From assembly GCF_009914755.1 (NCBI RefSeq), contig NC_060935.1: a stretch of DNA of 64,000 nucleotides; one strand, 5' to 3'. Of this stretch, positions 1 to 14,320 are shown piece by piece (the first letter of the stretch is position 1; each line of letters starts with the position of its first letter). Origin of the DNA: the human T2T-CHM13v2.0 reference genome, Homo sapiens. The position numbers and the translations under genes are program-made. The notes beneath the pieces are model-generated. The model searched no databases. It saw nothing but the letters and a program-made list of their open reading frames with translations, and was not told the origin of the DNA.

Positions 1-110
1 AAAAATGATAATAGTCTCCAACTTTGAGGGTGATTGTGAGGCCTGGATAAAATAATATGTGTAAAGCACTTAGAACAGTGGCCGGCATAGAGGAAGATGA
101 TTACCTTTGT
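1..110 (+). mobile_element. MIR SINE fragment
   Basis: gataatagt...gattgtgagg...tatgtgtaaagcacttagaacagt resembles the MIR 3' core. Confidence 0.7.
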
Positions 111-943
111 CATGATTACTGTTTGTCAGGACTGTTTGAAAGGACTCTGAGCGGAAGCTCTCTATCTGGCTGCCTCCCTGTCCTGCAAGCCGCTCCCTGT
201 TCACCATTCTCCTCCTGGTTAAGTACGGGCATCTGTGTCCCAAGAGAGGGCTCCACTGCAGACCCTGACCACCAGCATACCTGCCCACAGAGGCCGAAAA
301 TGTGGTAGTCAGCTGCTTCTCTGAAATTCCAGCCCGGGAGAGGTAAACTAAGGAAATGCCATCCTCCTGAGTGTCCTGAACTGTCATCTGTCCCAGCGAA
401 TGTCTGACATTAAGGTTTGTGATGGAATTAAGCTCTTCTGAGAGATTTCATAAATAAATTCCCAATACAGTATTAAACCAAGCCTACTGCTGGGCCTTTC
501 TGTACTTTTACTGTCACAAGAATGAGCTTAGGAGAATCATTGTTTCAGTCAGTTGTGGGGAGAGAGTTTGGGTGAGTTTAATTTGGTGGCTGGTAACAAC
601 AGCAGTAACTGACCCATACTGAGCCCTACAGTTTCCAATGCCCCTGTCTAGCTTCAGGTGTTGGTGAGATTATCCCACCACACAGATTGCTCAAAGGAAC
701 TGTCAGCTCAGCTGCCTTGTGCTCAGAATCTCTCTAGTTAGCCAGGCCTCCTGAATCATCTGCCTTGTAAGTTTGCATAGCAGGAGGGGAGGAAGCAAGG
801 CTTCATGTAGCCTAGTGAGTTAGGAAAAGGCCGATGGCCCAAGGAGGGTGTCCCCATCTGCCCTCTCCAAGATTCTTCCTGTTCAAATGAGGTGTTTGTA
901 GAAGACCTAGAATAGCAGTTAGCTTTCATTCAGCAAGGCTGAC

Positions 944-1227
944 TGGATGGGTGGGGGGATGGATAGGTGGGTGGGTGGGTGGGTGGGTGGATGGATGGAT
1001 GGATGGATGGATGGATGGATGGATGGGGGGATGGGGGGGATGGATGGGTGGGGGGATGGGTGGGTGGGGGGATGGATGGGTGGGTGGGAGGGTGGGTGGG
1101 GGGATGGATGGGTGGGTGTGTGGATGAATGGGTGGGTGGCTGGATGGATGGATGGGTGGGGGGATGGGTGGGTGGCAGGATGGATGGTTGGATGGGTGGG
1201 TAAGTAGATGGGTGGATGAATGGGTGG
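944..1227 (+). repeat. Compound (GGAT)n/(GGGT)n G-rich simple repeat
   Basis: Directly visible mixed GGAT/GGGT/GGGG units over about 280 bp. Confidence 0.97.
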
Positions 1228-4039
1228 AGTCATGACTGCACTCTTCTAGATGCTGGAGGTAAAGCAGTAAGCACTCAATAAGCACTGCTGGGATAAAAAC
1301 CATTACTGTTGTTCAGTGCTAGAGGGAATTGTGAAGACGTATACACATTGGCCATTCCATCATGCCTTCCCACAAAGAAGATAAGCTTCTCTCCTTATAT
1401 CCTTTCATCTTGATCCAAGCCACTCGTGCTTCCTTCCCATCCCCATGACAGGATCTACCCATCTCAAAGCCGTCACTTGCTGTATTGCCTGGGGCTGGAA
1501 ACTGAGCTTCCTAGCAAGTCTCTGATGTGTGTTAGGTGTTACTGTTACCATTTCATGGATGAGCAGACTGTGGCTGGAGGAGACCAGGTACCTAAAGGGG
1601 AGGAGAATTTCAGTGTTTAATTCTTAGTTCTCTGTTCAGCCCTAGTTCTTAGTGTTCTTTGTACGGTACTCCGCACTGCTCAGCTCTCCCAGCAGAGGCA
1701 ATAAAGACGTCCAAACCCATATACAGTGTGTAAAAAAGAAGATCCAGGATCTCTGGAGGCCTGGAGGAAGCCAAAGTGACCCTTTTGTACTCTGTCATGC
1801 TTCCTATAAACTGCTTCAAATTGAATCCCAACGCCAGCCTGCGATCATGTTTTCAAAATACTGCCGAGGCTTTGAAACTCTCTTTGCTACATATGATGTG
1901 CTTCCCAGGCACATAGCAGGTGCTCAGCAAAGGAGTCATGGAACTAGAGGGTTGGCCCAGTAGCTCTGATGGAGCCCCAGCTCTGGGCACTGGCGAGCAT
2001 TTCCTCTCCACTTAGGCAGGGAGATGACAGCCCTCTTGCCAGCTGCAGGGGGAGGTCTTCCGTTACAGGATTAACTGGCGCCTGCACTTTTGCTGGAAAC
2101 TTGTGGGAAGTGGCTGAGAGCTCTCCAGTGCTTAAGAAGTGGGTTTTGGAAAACAAACAAGATCTTGCCTACGCAGGAATAGGAATGAAGCAAAGGTTAG
2201 ACATGGCTTGGGGGAGTTTTTTTCTTTTTTTTTCTTTTTTTGGTTTGATTGAATAACAGGCTAGAAGGAACTCTCAAAGTTCAAAGTGGGCCTTAGACCC
2301 TTTAAAAGTAGGTCCATAAACTTGTGTAGAGGACAGTGAGTTCTCTGTTTAGAGTAAATTTAATGACAACTATCATTTGTAAAAGGCATCATAATTTACA
2401 AAGCCCTTTCCACATGCACTGTATGTGTATATAAATACTATATGTGACCTTCCCCTTTAAGATTATTTATCCCACGATTTGAGGGCGCCTAGACAATTTT
2501 TAAAAAAAGATTTTTTTTTTAAAGATGCATGGTCTCTTCATTTTGCCTGTAGTATAGTGGAAATAACACAGGCAGGCTTCCAGTCTCTGGGCCCCAGTTT
2601 ACCCAGCTGCAAAACAAGGACAATAGGAGAGATGGATCCAGGGAAGGTTTGCCTCTTACGGGCTCAAGAGCCTACTGGGAGTGCAGAGAGTGGGAGCTGA
2701 GTTGACTCTGAACATATTGGGCCATTCAAGGGTGCCCAGCACAGGTGGTGGGGACCCCAGACATCAGCGGCAGGGAGGTCCCCTTCAGATGCTGCCAGCT
2801 CAGAGGATACAGAGCTGTCTCTTCCTGAAGCCAGATGGGGAGGCTGAGGCCCACGGGCCCATGAGCAGCTGGGCTGTGTACCCATCTGCCCTCCTACACC
2901 TGGTTCTCAAGGTGATCTGCCTGTGTCCCTGTCCCCGACTGTGCTAATTCTTGAGTGTAGTCCCTGAGTGGTGAATAGGATTTCCCTCCATGAATTAGAG
3001 CAGCGGTGTGCTTTCTGCCTGAGGCTCCAGCGAGGACTCTGATCCTGTGTCCCCTCTGCTCTCTCCCCGTGTGGGGCTCTGCCTCTTCCTCTTCCTTTGT
3101 GTCCTCCTCTGTCCTCTTCCTGCCCTCATTCATCTTTTCTTTCTCTTCTTCCCTCCTCTGTAATCCCATGGAGCTGACTGGTTTTTAACTGTATTTTATG
3201 TTTCTTGTTCCTTACATCAAACATGAATTCATTAAATGGTTTCATAGTCAAGGGAGAACATCTCTAAGATTGCTTTATTTGTGAATTATGTGTGCTTCAG
3301 TTAATATTTTTTTCTAAATAATTAGTGAAGCATCCTGGCCAGGGTTGTTTCTAGGGGTGTGGTCCTGGGTCTCCATCCTTACAATGGGGAGAGCAACACT
3401 TCCCCCTCTGGGGCAGCAGTGAGCAAATGAGGGACTGAATGCGTCCAGACAGCGGCAGGCCCTGGCCCTTCTACTTGAGTTACCACAAGGATATGTCACT
3501 TGTTACTGAATGGTCCCAGGCAGCGGCCTCAGCTTTTCTGGAACTCACTTGAGATGGACTCAGACGCTGTGGTTTTGAAGGCTTTGTTGTAGCGGTTCCT
3601 TGGGCTGGAATCAGCCCTGTGTCAGCAGCTGCTGGTGGAGGTGACTGGGGGTTCCCGAGAGTGGATGAGTTGTCCGTATCTGTCTTACTTCTCGGCTATC
3701 TTGCTGGTGGCTGGCAGCTGCCTCCCTGAAAGCCCAGGTTGACTCCCTGCTGTCTGTGTGGGTGGGCTTCCCAGGGCACCCTCCCTGGGCTTTCCCTCCA
3801 CCTTTCTTCAGTCTCGTCTTTTGCCCTTGTTCCCTGGGGTAGGCGGGTTGTTGATAGGGAGGGGCAGTTCCCGGGGTGGGGTGGGGAAGGAAAAGCTTGA
3901 ACTGCTAGGACCCCAGAGGTTGTCTGTGACCCTCTCTGCCCACTGTTCAGTGTTGCTTTTCCTCCTCCTCCTCCTCCCATCCATATATGTGGGCAATTCC
4001 CTCCTTTTTTCTCCAGCTTTTTGCTGTTCATTATGGGAG

Positions 4040-4562
4040 TCACAAGCCACGTGGCTAGGGCACTTGAAATGTGGTAAGTCCGCATTGAGCTGCGCTGTAC
4101 ATATAAAATACTCACCTCATTTTAAAGGCTTAGTATAAAAAATGATTATCAAATATTTTATCGATACTTTTTATATTGATTACGTGTTGCAATGATAATA
4201 TTTTGCATATAATAGATTAGAATATTGAAATTAACTTCCTATTTCTTGTCACTTTTTTAGAAAAAATGTGGCTATCAGAAAATTTAAAATTGCACGTGTG
4301 GCTCACCTTATATTTCTATTGCAGTGATTCTTAACTGGTGGCTGTTTTGCCTTCCAGGGACGTTTGATAATATTTGAAGACTTTTTTTTATTGTCATGCT
4401 GTTGGGAGAGTGGCGTGGTTGGCACGAGCACCTAGTTGGAAGAGGCCGGGGAAGCTGCTGAACATCCTACAATGCACAGGATAACACCCTACAACCAAAA
4501 TTATCTGGTCCCAAATGTAGTAGTGCTGAGGTTGAGAAACCCAGTTCTATTGTATAGCACTG
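4040..4562. mobile_element. MER33-like hAT-Charlie MITE, interrupted near its end by MER20
   Basis: agccacgtggct...cacttgaaatgtgg...aaatttaaaattgcacgtgtggctc...tttctattg, resumes tatagcactg after the insert. Confidence 0.75.
4322..4544 (+). mobile_element. MER20 hAT MITE with 8-bp TSD TTCTATTG
   Basis: cagtgattcttaac...gctgctgaacatcctacaatgcacagga...gctgaggttgagaaacccag; TTCTATTG at 4314-4321 and 4545-4552. Confidence 0.88.
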
Positions 4563-4629
4563 TTTTACTCTCACTTTTGATGAACCAATCTTCTCTCATT
4601 GACAATGACACTAAAATTGGAGGGCTTAG

Positions 4630-4835
4630 GGCACAGTAGAAAGAGCATAATGGCCAGAGTCAGATACCTGTGACCCTGGGCAGGTTATGTAACATTTCAG
4701 AGCCTCCACTTCCTCATCTGTGAAATGGACGCAATCATACCTACTTTATAGGATCCTTGTTAGGACTCAATGAAATTGAACATAGCATACCTGACACATG
4801 GTAGACCTCCACTCAGTAGAAATTAGCATTATTGT
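4630..4835 (+). mobile_element. MIR SINE
   Basis: tgtgaccctgggcaggttatgtaac...cagagcctccacttcctcatctgtgaaatgg. Confidence 0.7.
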
Positions 4836-6963
4836 TAAAATTTGTGTCACTATGCGGACTCTCTGGATCAACTATTAGGATTTCTACACATCTTTTAGAT
4901 TTTCAATGAGTACCTTACACTCAACAAATAGAAAACTAAATTCATAATTTTACACTTCCTCTCCCCTCCCACTCCCTAAATTTATTCTTCTTTCTGATTT
5001 TCAGTCTTAGAGCACAGTATCACCATTCTCCCACTCTGAGAACCTGAGTCAGTTTCACTTCTTCCTTCTACCCTCCAGCCTGAATTTGTAATCTCTTAAC
5101 CTTTATACGTTAACTGTGTTTCATCCAACCCCTCCTTTACATTCCTGCCTAGTGGGACCTCTGCATCTGCTGTAAGTGGCTTCCTTCCAGGTCCTTGCCT
5201 CTACTCTTTCCCAGTCCCCACTATGTGTAAAGTTCTCTTGCTCAGGAACCTTGATGTTTTTTTTGTTTTGTTTTTGTTTTTGTTTTTGCTAAAGTGTGAG
5301 TACCTATGGTCAGAAAATGTGACATATCCATCTGTATTTCCCTAGCACCAGATATGATGCCTAGAAAATAGCTGTTCATTCAGTGTTTTTTGAATGAATG
5401 CATAGATAAATAAATGATAGATATCCTTTTCCCGTTGGTACATGGGTAGGATCAGGTATTACAGGGAGCTAGGGTAGCAGTTTCCAAATGCCCTATTTCC
5501 CTTTAATAGTTTTGCAGGGTTTAAATTACGTATTCCCTAACCTACCTTATCTCACCACCCCCACTACCTCCACCACCTTCCTGATTTTGAGCTGGAGACT
5601 CAGTTTGTTTTCTCTGAAAGGGTTACAGCGATGATGCATTAGACCTGGGTCCCGGAAATCCTGCCTTCCATATGTGGGCTTCCGCAGGCAGCCTGAGCCA
5701 GCTATGGCTCACGTTCTGCAAGCCCAGGCCTGCCACCAGAGGGAAAGTGCCCTAGATGCCCAGGCATGCCTTCCTCTTGGTGGCCAAAGATTTCCCAGGC
5801 AGCTCCCAGCAGGCTGTGAGGGGAGGCTTTCCAGAAATTTGCCCTTAAAGATGCTCTGATAGAGAAAACATAACATGTTCTTTGGCAGGTTGTGGGCATC
5901 TATCATACAGTAATCATGGGCAGTCGGGATGGTGTAGGATTGGAGCCTCCCGATGTCTAGACACTATGGTCTGTTCACAGTTTCAAAAACATTTTAATTA
6001 CAAACCACTTTATGGTGTAAGGTGACCCACATGCAGTTATCAAGAACTTCTGAGTAAGTTTGCTAACTTCTTTTGTGGCAGCTGCAAGTTGACTCAAAAC
6101 TACATTCCGCTGGTGAGTATGGGTTGTCTGGCCTGGAAGACATGTGTGAGTTGCTCTAAGGGGCTCGCTGTTCTCTTACTATCTGGAAGGCCTCAAAGTT
6201 CCTCTGGTGGGAAAGATTTTCTTCTGCAAACACCCTGGGATTTGTCTCTTGAAGAATCAGGGTTTTGGACTCTCCTACGTAACCATCTTCTGTGGGTTGG
6301 ATATCAGATGTGTATCCAACCCCCAGAAGATGGATCAAGGTGCAGTTGACTAAATGGCTTTTCTCTTGGGAAACTTGAGGATTTTCTGTCACCTCTAACT
6401 GGCTTTGTGACATCTGAAGTTGTTTCCTGTATCTGAAGCTACTTATTTCATTGGTAAAGGTAGTAAAACTCCCACCTATTTTCAGCTTTGATTCCTTTTC
6501 TCCCCTGACCCCGAAACTTGTGCTTCAGAATAAGTTGTTTCACAGACAAGGTTGCATATGTTAGGTGACAATATCTTCTCTCCATTTTTGTAAAGTGTAA
6601 AGTCACATCACTGCCTGTCAGCATTTCTAATCAGCCACAGATAATTTGTGTTCACACTAAATTGTCACAATCCCATGCAAAATTAAGCAAGAGTGGTGAT
6701 TAATAGCATGAGTCCAGAGTTGAACAGATTTGGGTTTGAAACTTAGCTCTGCCTTTTACCAGATAAGCATCTTTAAGTAGCAGGACTTCAACTTCAATGT
6801 CCTCACCTGAAATCAAGAGATAAAATAGTTCCTACCTTATAAGTTAGTTTATCCCTTATTTAATAAGATAATATATGTAAAGCCCCAAGACAGTATCTTC
6901 TTAAATATAGACTATTATATTTCAGTTAGCCTCAGTGTGCATCCTGATTTGGGGTAAAGGTAT

Positions 6964-6995
6964 GATTTGATTTGATTTGATTGACTGATTGATTT
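6964..6995 (+). repeat. (GATTT)n/(GATT)n short microsatellite
   Basis: gatttgatttgatttgattgactgattgattt. Confidence 0.7.
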
Positions 6996-7145
6996 GGCAA
7001 ATATTTATCAGTACCTGCTGAGGATGAGGGACTGCTCTAGCCTCTGGGGATACAGCTATGAATCAGAGACAAGGCCTCTGCTTTAGTGGAACTTATGTTC
7101 TAGAGGGAGACAAACAAAGTGAACTATTTAACAAATAAAAAAGAT

Positions 7146-7765
<620 letters not shown>

Positions 7766-8456
7766 TTATGATAAGCACCATGCAGAAAATAAATGGAAAT
7801 GTGAGAGAGTAATGGGTGGGGCTGAGAAGGTATCATCTCCAGGGAGTGGGATGTTTGAGCTCAGCCCTGAATGGTGAGAAGGAGCTGTGTTCAAAGATCT
7901 GAGGGAAGGGTGTCCAGGGCAGGAGGACCAGCAAGGAGCTCCCTTAGACTTTCAGAGGTACAAAAAATGGCCTCTGGGCTCCCTGAAATAACTTCTTGGA
8001 ACCCCCACCCCCACCCCCGCCCGCCACCCAAAACCCACCAAGGGCAAGGGGTTATGGGGAGGGATGCATTGGACAGCATGATCTAAGCCTGCATTTGGTG
8101 AAAAGACTGAAATATTTACTATCTGGCCCTTTATAGAAAAAAATGTGCTAATCTGAGGGATCTAAGGTCCCTTTCAGCTTGGACAGTGCACACACGTGCA
8201 AGTGCAGGTGGGCAGGGCAGCTCGCCAGTGCAGGAAAAGTCAGCTCAGCAGCCTCCTGGGCACCCAGGCTCCAGGTGGGACTCACTCACCACCTTGGAGA
8301 TACCCCAACAGAGGCAGTGTGTCTGTCAAGCGATGCAAACTGCCATCAGCCTTGAACTGCTGGGATCACAGTGTCCATGTCCCCAAATGGGATGGACTGG
8401 ACTCTGAGCTCTTAGAGGTCAAAATCTGATTTCACTTAAACGATTTCTCCTCAGAA

Positions 8457-8809
<353 letters not shown>

Positions 8810-10943
8810 TTACTGAGTGCTTGCCATATGCATACGAGGCTATTTTATGAACAATTCTGCAGTGTATTGACTCCATCCCCATAACAACCCTGCCTGGTAG
8901 GAACTGCTTTATTCCTCTTTTATGGTTGAGAGAACTGACGTCAGATGTAATAAGCTGCTGTGTTCAAAGCTACATAGCGAGCAAACAGGCTGCCTGCTTC
9001 TAGTCTCAGGTCCCTCACTACACCACCATATCCGCTATTTTCCCAGTGATGTTCATTCAAGGGCTGGTGAGTCTTCCTCTTTGCAGGCCTGAATTAAATC
9101 ATGTTCAGACTCCTAAGCTGTGTTCATTCAGCACCTGTCTATAGGGCGAGAGACTTCATAGAAAGAGAAGGGGAACACTCTAAGGCTCTTGGCAAGGTGG
9201 TTAGCTGTGGACATAGCAGCCGGTCCAGATACGGCTGTAGAATAGCATGGTAGCCTTGCACTCCTTGGCTCCAGCTCTGGGCTGCAGGAACAGCTGCTCA
9301 ACTCAGATAAGTAGTCTCTCCCTTGTTGACCTTAGAGCAATAGGAATTGGTGAAATTGAAGGAATGCCTGACCTTTTCTCATACAGATCCACTTCCAGGC
9401 CTCATCATGGCCCTTCTATAGAGGCCAGCCTGAGACAAAGCTGTTGTCCATGGATAGGATCAGCCTTGTCTGTGGTCATGAGTGGTCATGGGATGAGGTG
9501 GTGCCAGTAGAGGATTCAAGTGCCTGTGAGGGAGAGAGAAGGGCCTAGAAAGACAGTGGGCCCTAATACTTCAAAGAAAGGTGGCAGAGAGGGCAATGCA
9601 GGAGTCACACCTGGCAGTGACTCCCAGCTCCACCCTTTATCAGCTGTGTGAAGCCAGGCAGGTGTAACATGATGGATATGAGTTTCTGCTTTGGAGCTTG
9701 ACCACCTGGATTCAGATGCCAGTTCCTCCACATACTGTGTGAGGTGACCTTGAGCATGCTACTTGAGCATTTCATGTCTTGGTTTTGTAATCTGGGCTTG
9801 TTGTGAGATTTGAATGAACTGATACATGTGACAACTGGTGCTGGATATGGAGTCAGAGTTCAGCACATGCTGGCTATGTTACATCATTTTGCCTCTGGAC
9901 CTCAATTCCTCAACTGCAAAATGTGAGCAGCAATGCCATTTTCTTAGGAGTTCCTGCAAGGGCTAAATGAGTGAATATACTTCAAGCAGGTCTGGCAATA
10001 ATATGGAAGACACTTAATAGACACCTTTACTGACCTCAAGTGGCCCCCGGCCATGGCACCTGCTGAGTGGAAATGTTTGTCATTGGGTAGATTGACAGCA
10101 CTGCTTGCAGTCCTGCCTGGAGTTCTCTGGGCTAGGAAAGTCTAGGTGGTGGATGCCATTGTCCTCTCCCTCACTATCTGCTGTCATCTCTATGGCGCAA
10201 TGGTTAAAATCATGGTCTCTGAACCAGATACCGGGATTTGAATCCTAGCTTCACCACTGAATAGCTACAGCTGTAAGACATGGATGATGGATGTGCGTTG
10301 TTGTGAATACAGCCTTATAACAGGCCTGGCATGTAGTAAAGAGTGTTAGCTATTATTATTGCAGTGCGGGGACCCCTACATGACTGAACTGATAGGCTTT
10401 AACAGTTACTAAGCAACTAAAAAAGAGAAAATGGCAGAAATGAACTGCTCTATTTCCGGATGTTATATTATTTATATATTTTAGCTCTGCCTTTTTCCCC
10501 ACATGTAGGTTACAACTGGCCCTACATTTTTTAGCTTTGAATATATGTTGACTCAGCCCATCTCAGAAGCCTCCCCTCTTTCTCCTAAAGAAATGTGAGA
10601 TTTATCTGACACCCCTTTTTGGGTCTTGGAAGACCCTGTGTCTTTTGTTCTCCAGAAGAAGATCGCTGGCCAGATCCAGGCCTTACCCCTCGACTAGGAG
10701 CTCTGTGCTATTAAAAGAAAACACCAGGGTACCAGCACCAGAGCCCAAGGGACAAGAATTTACAGGGTCAGTTAGAAGAATGACCATTCACAGGGAGAAA
10801 ACCGAGGCTATAAGAAGAAAATATATTGTAATTTTTCACATCAAATGATATGTTTAAGATATGTGCACCTTTCTGCAGTTATACAGGCAGTAGGAAAAAA
10901 GAGTATGTGGATTTCATTTTATATACATTTTACCTTAAACCTG

Positions 10944-11247
10944 GGCCAGACACAGTGGCTCATGTCTATAATCCCAGCAGCACTTTGGGAGGCTGAGGCA
11001 GGATGATCGCTTGAGGGCCCACCAGCCTAGGCAACATAGGGAGACCCTCTCTCTACAACATTTTTTTGTAATTAGCCAGGTGTGGTGGTGTGTATCTATA
11101 GTCCCAGCTACTAGGGAGGTTGAGGTGGGAGGATCACTAGGGCCCAGGAGTTCGAGGCTGCAGTGAGCCGTGATTGTGGCACTGTACTCCAGCCTGGGCT
11201 ACAGAGCAAGACCCTGTCTCTAAAAACCAAACAAAACCAAAACAAAA
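10944..11247 (+). mobile_element. Alu (AluJ-like)
   Basis: ggccagacacagtggctc...ggagttcgaggctgcagtgagcc...AC-rich tail. Confidence 0.92.
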
Positions 11248-11249
11248 CC

Positions 11250-11510
11250 TTGAGCAAATATTGAACTCTAGTCAATGAGATACATGCTGAAATATTTGGG
11301 AGGAAATGTATTGATTCTGCTATTTAATTGAAATGCACCACAAAATAAGATAAATTGACTAGTGAGTAGAAGGATAGACGGATGTGAATAGATACGTGCT
11401 AAAGCAAGGAGAACAAAATCTAATCATAGAATCTAGGTGGGGAGTATTTGGATGTCTTGCAGCTTCTCTATATATCTGAAAAGTATTATAATGAAATGTT
11501 GCCAAAAAAT
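11250..11510 (+). mobile_element. Old L1M(C/E) 3' fragment
   Basis: tacatgctgaaatatttgggaggaaatgta...gaaatgcaccacaaaataagata...gaatctaggtgg resembles old L1 3' ends. Confidence 0.55.
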
Positions 11511-11719
11511 GTTGTAAAGCTACTAGATTAAAAACAAAAAAATTACAATGGGAAAAATATAAAAGTAGATGCTGGAAATATTTACAAATGTTTAAAATGC
11601 TATTTGGAAAACTAGAGTTGAATATGAAGAAAAATAAAACTAGGCCCGTGTATTTTCTGCAATAGATTTCTTTTTTTTTTTTTTTTGTATTAGAAAATAG
11701 CAATATATATATTTTTAGA

Positions 11720-12570
11720 GGAAGAGTGTTCTAGACAGAAGACAAAGCGAGTGAAAAGCCCATGTGTGGGCTCAGTGAAGCTAGTACAGCTGGAGTGTGA
11801 GAGGAGGGGGTGGTGGGAGCTGAGGACAAAAGGGAAACTGTAGGTTGAGATCATATAGGGTCCTAAGGCCTAGCCACATCCTGTGATTCTGACTTCTGAG
11901 TGCCACAGGCAGACATGAAACGATGTGAGCTACGAGTGAGTGACATGATCTGACTTGAGGAGGACTGCTCTGGTTGCTGTATGGGGACAGACTGCAAAGT
12001 GACAAGGGTGGAAGCTGGGAGACCAGATAGGAGCCCTGATATCAGTTCAAAGGAGAGATGGCCATGACTTGGATAAGGAGGCAGCGTGTGAGCCGGTGAA
12101 AATTGATTGGATTCTATATCTGTTCTGAAGATAGTAAACAAGATTTATTGGTGGATTGGTTGTGAGGTAAGAGGAGAAGAACCAAGACTGATTCCAGATT
12201 TTTGGTCTAAGCAAGTAGAAAAGTAGGTAGCACTTACCAAGACCATGTTGATGGGGGAGAAGCAGGTTTTTGCAGGGAGGGAATAAGAGTTCAGTTGTAG
12301 ATCTGTTATGTGAGTAATGCGTATTGAAGCAGATAGAAATGTCAGTGCACAGTTGGCTGGATTCCGTGGGATATTCAGGGTTGAGCACCATCAACATGTA
12401 GATGGTAATTAAAGTCATGGAAGTAGATGGTGTCAGGGTCAATAAGGGAAGGGTATAAAGGCTGAGCCCCAGGCACTTCCAGGTATAGAGGACAGGAAGA
12501 TGAGGAGGAGCAGCAAGGGTGCCTGAGCAACTGCAGGGCAGGAGAGAGTCAAGAAAGTAGGTCAACTGTT
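11720..12570 (-). mobile_element. L2 LINE fragment
   Basis: gagtgacatgatctgac...ctctggttgctgt...catcaacatgtagatggtaattaaagtcatgg, typical antisense L2. Confidence 0.75.
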
Positions 12571-13185
12571 TCAAAGGCTGCCCTGACTGCCTCTCTACCT
12601 CTAGTTTCTTTTCTCTCTTCTTACCATCTTTGTTATTGCTCTGGAACCAATTGTCCTAAAGTAGCACCTCCATCCTATTCTAAGCTCATAAAATCCAAAG
12701 GGGAGGAATAAAGTCCAAACTCTTCAGTCTGCCATCCAAGTCCCTCCACGATCTGGCTCTTTCTTTCTCTTTCTCTCTTTCTTTCTCTACTCTCCTGGTT
12801 TCACCTTCCCCACCAACCCCTGACCCTCACTTCACTGGCCACTGCCCTGCAAACCACCTCCCTCTTTCTCAGCATGCCATTTGTTTTCTTTCTGCAAATC
12901 TTCAGCCTCAATTCTCCATTCATGGTCTATCTCCTGGAGGGATCCTTTCTTGACTGAAGTCACTAATCTGTTTCTTCTCTAAATTCCTAAAGTAGTCAGA
13001 GGTAATACCAAACAATCCAGCATTCATTGTATCTGTTTTTCTTCTTCTCTAGTTCCCAGCCAATTTCCTGAGGTTTGGGAACATGAGCCTGTAATCCCCA
13101 GAGCCATCTCACCAGTCCTTTACATATCTTAGATGCTCTGCCACATAACACTTATGGAAACCTGGAAGGATTAATATAGGATTGG

Positions 13186-13397
13186 GATTTTGAGTATGGG
13201 CTCAGAGGCTAGGTTCTTCCCCTGGTTCTATTACCATGGCCAAGTCATTTAACCTTCCTGAGCTCCAGTTTTCCTATCTGCCAAATGGCTATGAACATGC
13301 CTAATTCAGGGTGATTGTAAGAACGATGCAGGATGCATTTCTTATAGTATGCTTAGCACACTTCATGTACATTATAAGCAGGCAATAAGCGGTAGCT
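13186..13397 (+). repeat. MIR-derived segment, copy 1 of local duplication
   Basis: Shares long identical blocks with 14104-14320. Confidence 0.85.
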
Positions 13398-14103
13398 TTG
13401 TTTTCATTATTGCTATTATTAATACTATTATTATTCTTGGTCTTCCCAACAGAGATGCACAGGCAACAACAAAGATGGGACTGTGTTGACCTGTTCACTC
13501 CATACTTTCAGATCTCAAGTGAGGTGTTCGACTCTGCTGCTGGCAGGGGTACAGGGGTGGCCCTCACACCCTGACTTCGGGGAACCTATGTGTTAAATGG
13601 GGAGATGCCATGAGACCCAACTGCTACCCAGAGAGGTACAAGCCCTGAGGATTGTGCTTAGAACTTCTAAACTAGGCAGCAGTGTGAACGAACTTCTGAG
13701 GCCAAAAGGCAGAATGTCTGCGAATAAAACTGTCCCTGAAAATCCAGACCCTGCAGCTACTGGTTACAGTTGGTCATGGAGGAGGAGAGCACTGGCTCAG
13801 GATGGAAGGGAAGAACAGAGAGAAACGGAATGTTTCTCAGAGGAATTAGTTGGTTTTTTTAGGGAACGTACAAAGCATAGGATACCTTTTTCCATTTTAT
13901 TTCTGTAAATTTCTAAGATTGATAAGTGGTGTGTAATTGTTACTCAGGAATAACTGGATACAGAAGAGAGTCTGGAGATGTCAGGGCCATGTCAAGTCAG
14001 ATGAGATGTAACTCCTTTCCCAGAGCAGCACTTGAAGTTCCCCTGGGGAGCCCCTACTGGCCAACCCCCTCTCAGAGATTCCTCCACAGCTAGAACCTCA
14101 GGT

Positions 14104-14320
14104 GATTTTGAGCATGTACCCTGGAATCAGAGGTTAGGTTTTCACCCTGGTTCTGTTACCACGGCTATGTCATTTAACCTTCCTGAGCTCCAGTTTCCTA
14201 TGTGCCAAATGATGATGAATATGCCTAATTCAGGGTTACTGTAAGAATCAAGTGAGATGCATTTCTTAAAACATGCTTAGCACAGTTCTTGTACATTATA
14301 AGCAGGCAGTAAGTGTTAAC
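14104..14320 (+). repeat. MIR-derived segment, copy 2 of local duplication
   Basis: gtcatttaaccttcctgagctccagttt, atgcctaattcagggt and tgtacattataagcaggca occur in both copies. Confidence 0.85.

Noticed and set aside
919-1303. Pro/His-rich and Gly/Trp-rich ORFs on both strands
   Set aside because: Translations of the GGAT/GGGT simple repeat, which lacks stop codons.
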